Shown here piece by piece: positions 61,110-64,000 of a stretch of DNA of 64,000 bases. The notes below the pieces were generated by a model. It was not told the origin of the DNA, did no database searches, and worked only from the letters and a program-made list of their open reading frames with translations. The position numbers and the translations under genes are program-made. Each line of letters opens with the position of its first letter. Position 1 is the first letter of the stretch. This stretch comes from Promethearchaeota archaeon (GTDB lineage Archaea; Asgardarchaeota; Lokiarchaeia; Sigyniarchaeales; SOKP01). The stretch spans positions 1-64,000 of the forward strand of contig JBHLOC010000004.1 in assembly GCA_048940925.1 (NCBI GenBank), read 5' to 3'.

Positions 61110-61236
61110 ATTCTAATTATAATTTTCAGATTGATTTTCTTAAGAATTTTAAACAAAATAATTAATAAAAACTTGATGCTAATAAAAAATAAAAAAGTTA
61201 GTGCGTATCTTTTGTTTTCTTTAAATAATAGAATTC

Positions 61237-62016
61237 TTATATAATTAATAATCCAAAAAATGTACCAAAAGGGAAGCTTAGAAGAAGTATTATAGAAGAT
61301 AATATGATAAAAAGTCTAAACACCTTCCATGTAAGTTTTTGAGTTTCCAACGACGCGATTTTTCCAAATTTAATAGAAGTAAATGAATAAATACACAATA
61401 AGAATCCTGGGATTAAATTAATATAACCGTAAATAGTTAATAAATTAATTAATCTCAAATTAATATAAGGGTATAATAACAGTAGTTGATCCTCTAGAAA
61501 ATCAGGAACAATTAGAATAAATAATAATCCAATTAAAAAATGAATAATTCCACTGAAAATTAGTAAAATGAAATATGGTAGTTGCAAATTTCTACCTTTT
61601 CTTTCCACACTTTCGGTTGATTTTAACTCTTGCTTTAAGCCAAGTGCAAGAAATGGACCAATTGGAAAAATTAAAATTGATATGATAATACTGATTATCG
61701 TAATTATTTTTACTGTTTTACTATCATCATATCTTATTTTAAAGAAGGGAATAAACATTGTGATAACTCCAATAATTATATATATCCAACCAATCAATTT
61801 TATTATCCAAAGTAAAGTTGCATTTAAATAAGGATAAATCATTATTATTGGTAATCCAAGTAAAAAGCTCACTAATAAAGTGAAAAGTAAACCTCCTGCA
61901 ATTTGACATAAACCGGTTCCTAGATAAATTAGAAAATGAGTCTCGTCTTGGAAATCTTTTAATTTTATATATATTTCCTTAATTTTACTGTTTTCACTCA
62001 TATTACCACCACTCAC
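61237..62016 (-). CDS. membrane protein with internal duplication
   Basis: Two halves, each with YPY.N…G.I..I.G…FP.G.F. Confidence 0.7.
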   Translation of the reverse strand: MSGGNMSENSKIKEIYIKLKDFQDETHFLIYLGTGLCQIAGGLLFTLLVSFLLGLPIIMIYPYLNATLLWIIKLIGWIYIIIGVITMFIPFFKIRYDDSKTVKIITIISIIISILIFPIGPFLALGLKQELKSTESVERKGRNLQLPYFILLIFSGIIHFLIGLLFILIVPDFLEDQLLLLYPYINLRLINLLTIYGYINLIPGFLLCIYSFTSIKFGKIASLETQKLTWKVFRLFIILSSIILLLSFPFGTFFGLLII

Positions 62017-64000
62017 CAGAACCTTGCTCTCCTTCTTTTAATTGATTAACAGTTTCATTATATTCTAAGAAGATATCAAATCCCTGCATCTTTATAAAAT
62101 CTCTGCTTACTATCCAAGTAGGGTAAATGTTTATTCTAGTAGCGAAAGCTAAAGCAGTATCTAAAGAAACATTATTCATAATGTAAAATTGATGATGTGC
62201 CATCATATGCAATCCTTCATCTTCATAAACTTCCACATAATCTTTTTGCCAAAGCCAACTAGTATGTCTCGCTGTGACATTTTTTACGATAGCTATCCCT
62301 ACTTTTCCACCAGGTTCTGAGGGGATAAATAATAACCCATTACTAAGAGGAAGGAATATATAAACAGGATGATATTTATAGTCATCTCTATGAAGTCTTT
62401 TTAAATAATTCTCGAGTAATGAAGGAGAGTAACCTATTTCCTCAAAATCTCGATTAGGATATTTGAATTTTATACTAATTCTTCGTATTGAATCATCTAG
62501 CCAATCATAGGTACCATTAAAAGATATATCTAAACGTGTTAAATTAAACACTCTATTGAGGAGATCAGAAGAATTGAACTTAACCCGTGAGACTAAAATT
62601 TCTGGGTTTAGAACGCCATTATCTACTCTTGAACTATATACAACATTAATAGGTAAATCATTTAAACTTAAGTCCGAATCTAGAACCGTTATTAAACATT
62701 TGAAATTTTTAATATCTGTAAAGAATTCTTCTGTTTTTAAATCATATTGGAGTAAATTAACATCTATTTCATTAAAATTATCTGCTAAGATTGTGAGAAT
62801 TTGTGAGCAATTTTTTTCTGCAGTGATAATATTAGCCATAGCAGTATGTCTTTCTAAAGGATCGGGGCCAATACCAGTAGAATCTGTACAAGTTGCTTGT
62901 AACCATAATTTTTCAGCCATTTGTAGTTTTTCTGTTATAATTGTTTGATTAGCTATATCCAATAAGTCATAATATTGATTAAGAATTCCTTTAGTAGCTA
63001 TAATAATATTTCTACATCGATAGTTATTAGCTAAAATAATTCCATCATCTGCAGAATCTCCATTATTAGCAGCCCAAATATAACTTGAATTATATCTCGT
63101 TGTGCCCCAATTGCATTCAGGAATATAATAGTCTAATTTTTTCACAGCTCCCTTACTTTCACAATGATTCACCCATTCTGTGCACGTCATAAACTTATTA
63201 CCTTCCATTTCAAGCATTACAAGTTCTTCTTCATATGCTTTTACTTTTTTATCGTCAACAAAGAATTCCGGAAGTCCTTTTTTTTCCCAATTGTTAACTT
63301 CTAAGGCTAGTTCAGCATCTAGTTCAAAACACCATGAATGCATATAACCCGCTTCCCATTTTGGTAAATAGTCATATTGAAGAACATTGATTTTCTTACC
63401 TGTTCCAGTATTTATTAAATCAAATACAGGTGAATCAGCTCCAGAATATCCCGGAAACCTAAAATCTCTTATTTGTTGAGTAGATGCTAAAACTGTATCA
63501 ATATTACTAGTCCATTTACTATTCAATAAAGTAGCTAAACCATAACAAAACTGGCCTTCTTGAAAGAGTATGCACCTACTTCTTTTATCCAATATACCTG
63601 CAGCGTCTAATGTCTTGTTAGCGTATTCTAGGTTTAACTCAAAAACATCTGCAGGATACATGTAAATTAATTGACTAAATTGAATGCCACATATTAACTC
63701 CATCTGCCCATGGTTTATTAGCTCTAATGATAGATCCTTTATTTCTTTAAACTGAACTTCATTAAAAACTCGATAAATCAGCTCTGCTTGACACTCAATT
63801 GTAAATTTCCATTTTGGATGCTTTTCATATATCGATAATAATTTAAAATATGGTTCACGGATGATTGTCTCTTCCACCTCTTCACTACCTAATCGATAAT
63901 CAATATTGAAATGATAAAAATTAGTAGTACATCGAGGACCTATCCAGAATAAACGAACAGCATATGTCATTATCCCTACGGATATAAATCCAACAATTAA
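62003..64000 (-). CDS. membrane-anchored GH57/GH38-like carbohydrate-active protein (5' end beyond window)
   Basis: YHFN, EPY..LL, FTIE, ELI.G, QEG, TDSTG; frame stays open to the window end (LIVGFISVGIMTY). Confidence 0.6.
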   Translation of the reverse strand, partial: LIVGFISVGIMTYAVRLFWIGPRCTTNFYHFNIDYRLGSEEVEETIIREPYFKLLSIYEKHPKWKFTIECQAELIYRVFNEVQFKEIKDLSLELINHGQMELICGIQFSQLIYMYPADVFELNLEYANKTLDAAGILDKRSRCILFQEGQFCYGLATLLNSKWTSNIDTVLASTQQIRDFRFPGYSGADSPVFDLINTGTGKKINVLQYDYLPKWEAGYMHSWCFELDAELALEVNNWEKKGLPEFFVDDKKVKAYEEELVMLEMEGNKFMTCTEWVNHCESKGAVKKLDYYIPECNWGTTRYNSSYIWAANNGDSADDGIILANNYRCRNIIIATKGILNQYYDLLDIANQTIITEKLQMAEKLWLQATCTDSTGIGPDPLERHTAMANIITAEKNCSQILTILADNFNEIDVNLLQYDLKTEEFFTDIKNFKCLITVLDSDLSLNDLPINVVYSSRVDNGVLNPEILVSRVKFNSSDLLNRVFNLTRLDISFNGTYDWLDDSIRRISIKFKYPNRDFEEIGYSPSLLENYLKRLHRDDYKYHPVYIFLPLSNGLLFIPSEPGGKVGIAIVKNVTARHTSWLWQKDYVEVYEDEGLHMMAHHQFYIMNNVSLDTALAFATRINIYPTWIVSRDFIKMQGFDIFLEYNETVNQLKEGEQGSGEWW

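Noticed and set aside
61198-61239. Possible premature stop trimming 13 codons from the duplicated membrane protein
   Set aside because: The frame continues EFYYLKKTKDTH after the TAA, but this cannot be distinguished from chance without homologues.

Overview
AT-rich archaeal chromosomal segment, most likely from an Asgard archaeon (Lokiarchaeia-like). The assignment rests on a lokiactin-type actin, an Asgard-type profilin-like domain, an Smc5/6-like SMC operon and archaeal TATA-type promoters. I saw no rRNA, tRNA, CRISPR array or intact mobile element. The left two thirds is an accessory stress/resistance region: ABC exporters, two UvrA-like ATPases, a GC-rich katG with a Fur/PerR regulator, a BpsA-AdoMetDC fusion, methyltransferases, an arsenic cluster, several gene remnants and recombination scars. 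The right third looks more core-like: inactive AAA+ / SMC / kleisin / kite, a small GTPase, RimK, YjjX, Maf, dolichol-kinase-like paralogues and a ubiquitin-like protein. Best candidates for new biology: (1) an actin locus with an apparent ATT start, a TGTCAC/GTGACA operator and a downstream profilin-TrmB fusion, which could be an actin-sensing transcription factor; (2) a candidate C-terminal selenoprotein (TGA-TGA plus a eukaryote-like SECIS hairpin) in the ars operon, near a decayed arsC; (3) a catalytically dead AAA+ gene leading the Smc5/6-like operon; (4) a branched-polyamine synthase fused to a self-cleaving AdoMet decarboxylase. All family calls come from motif recognition by eye; no searches were run.
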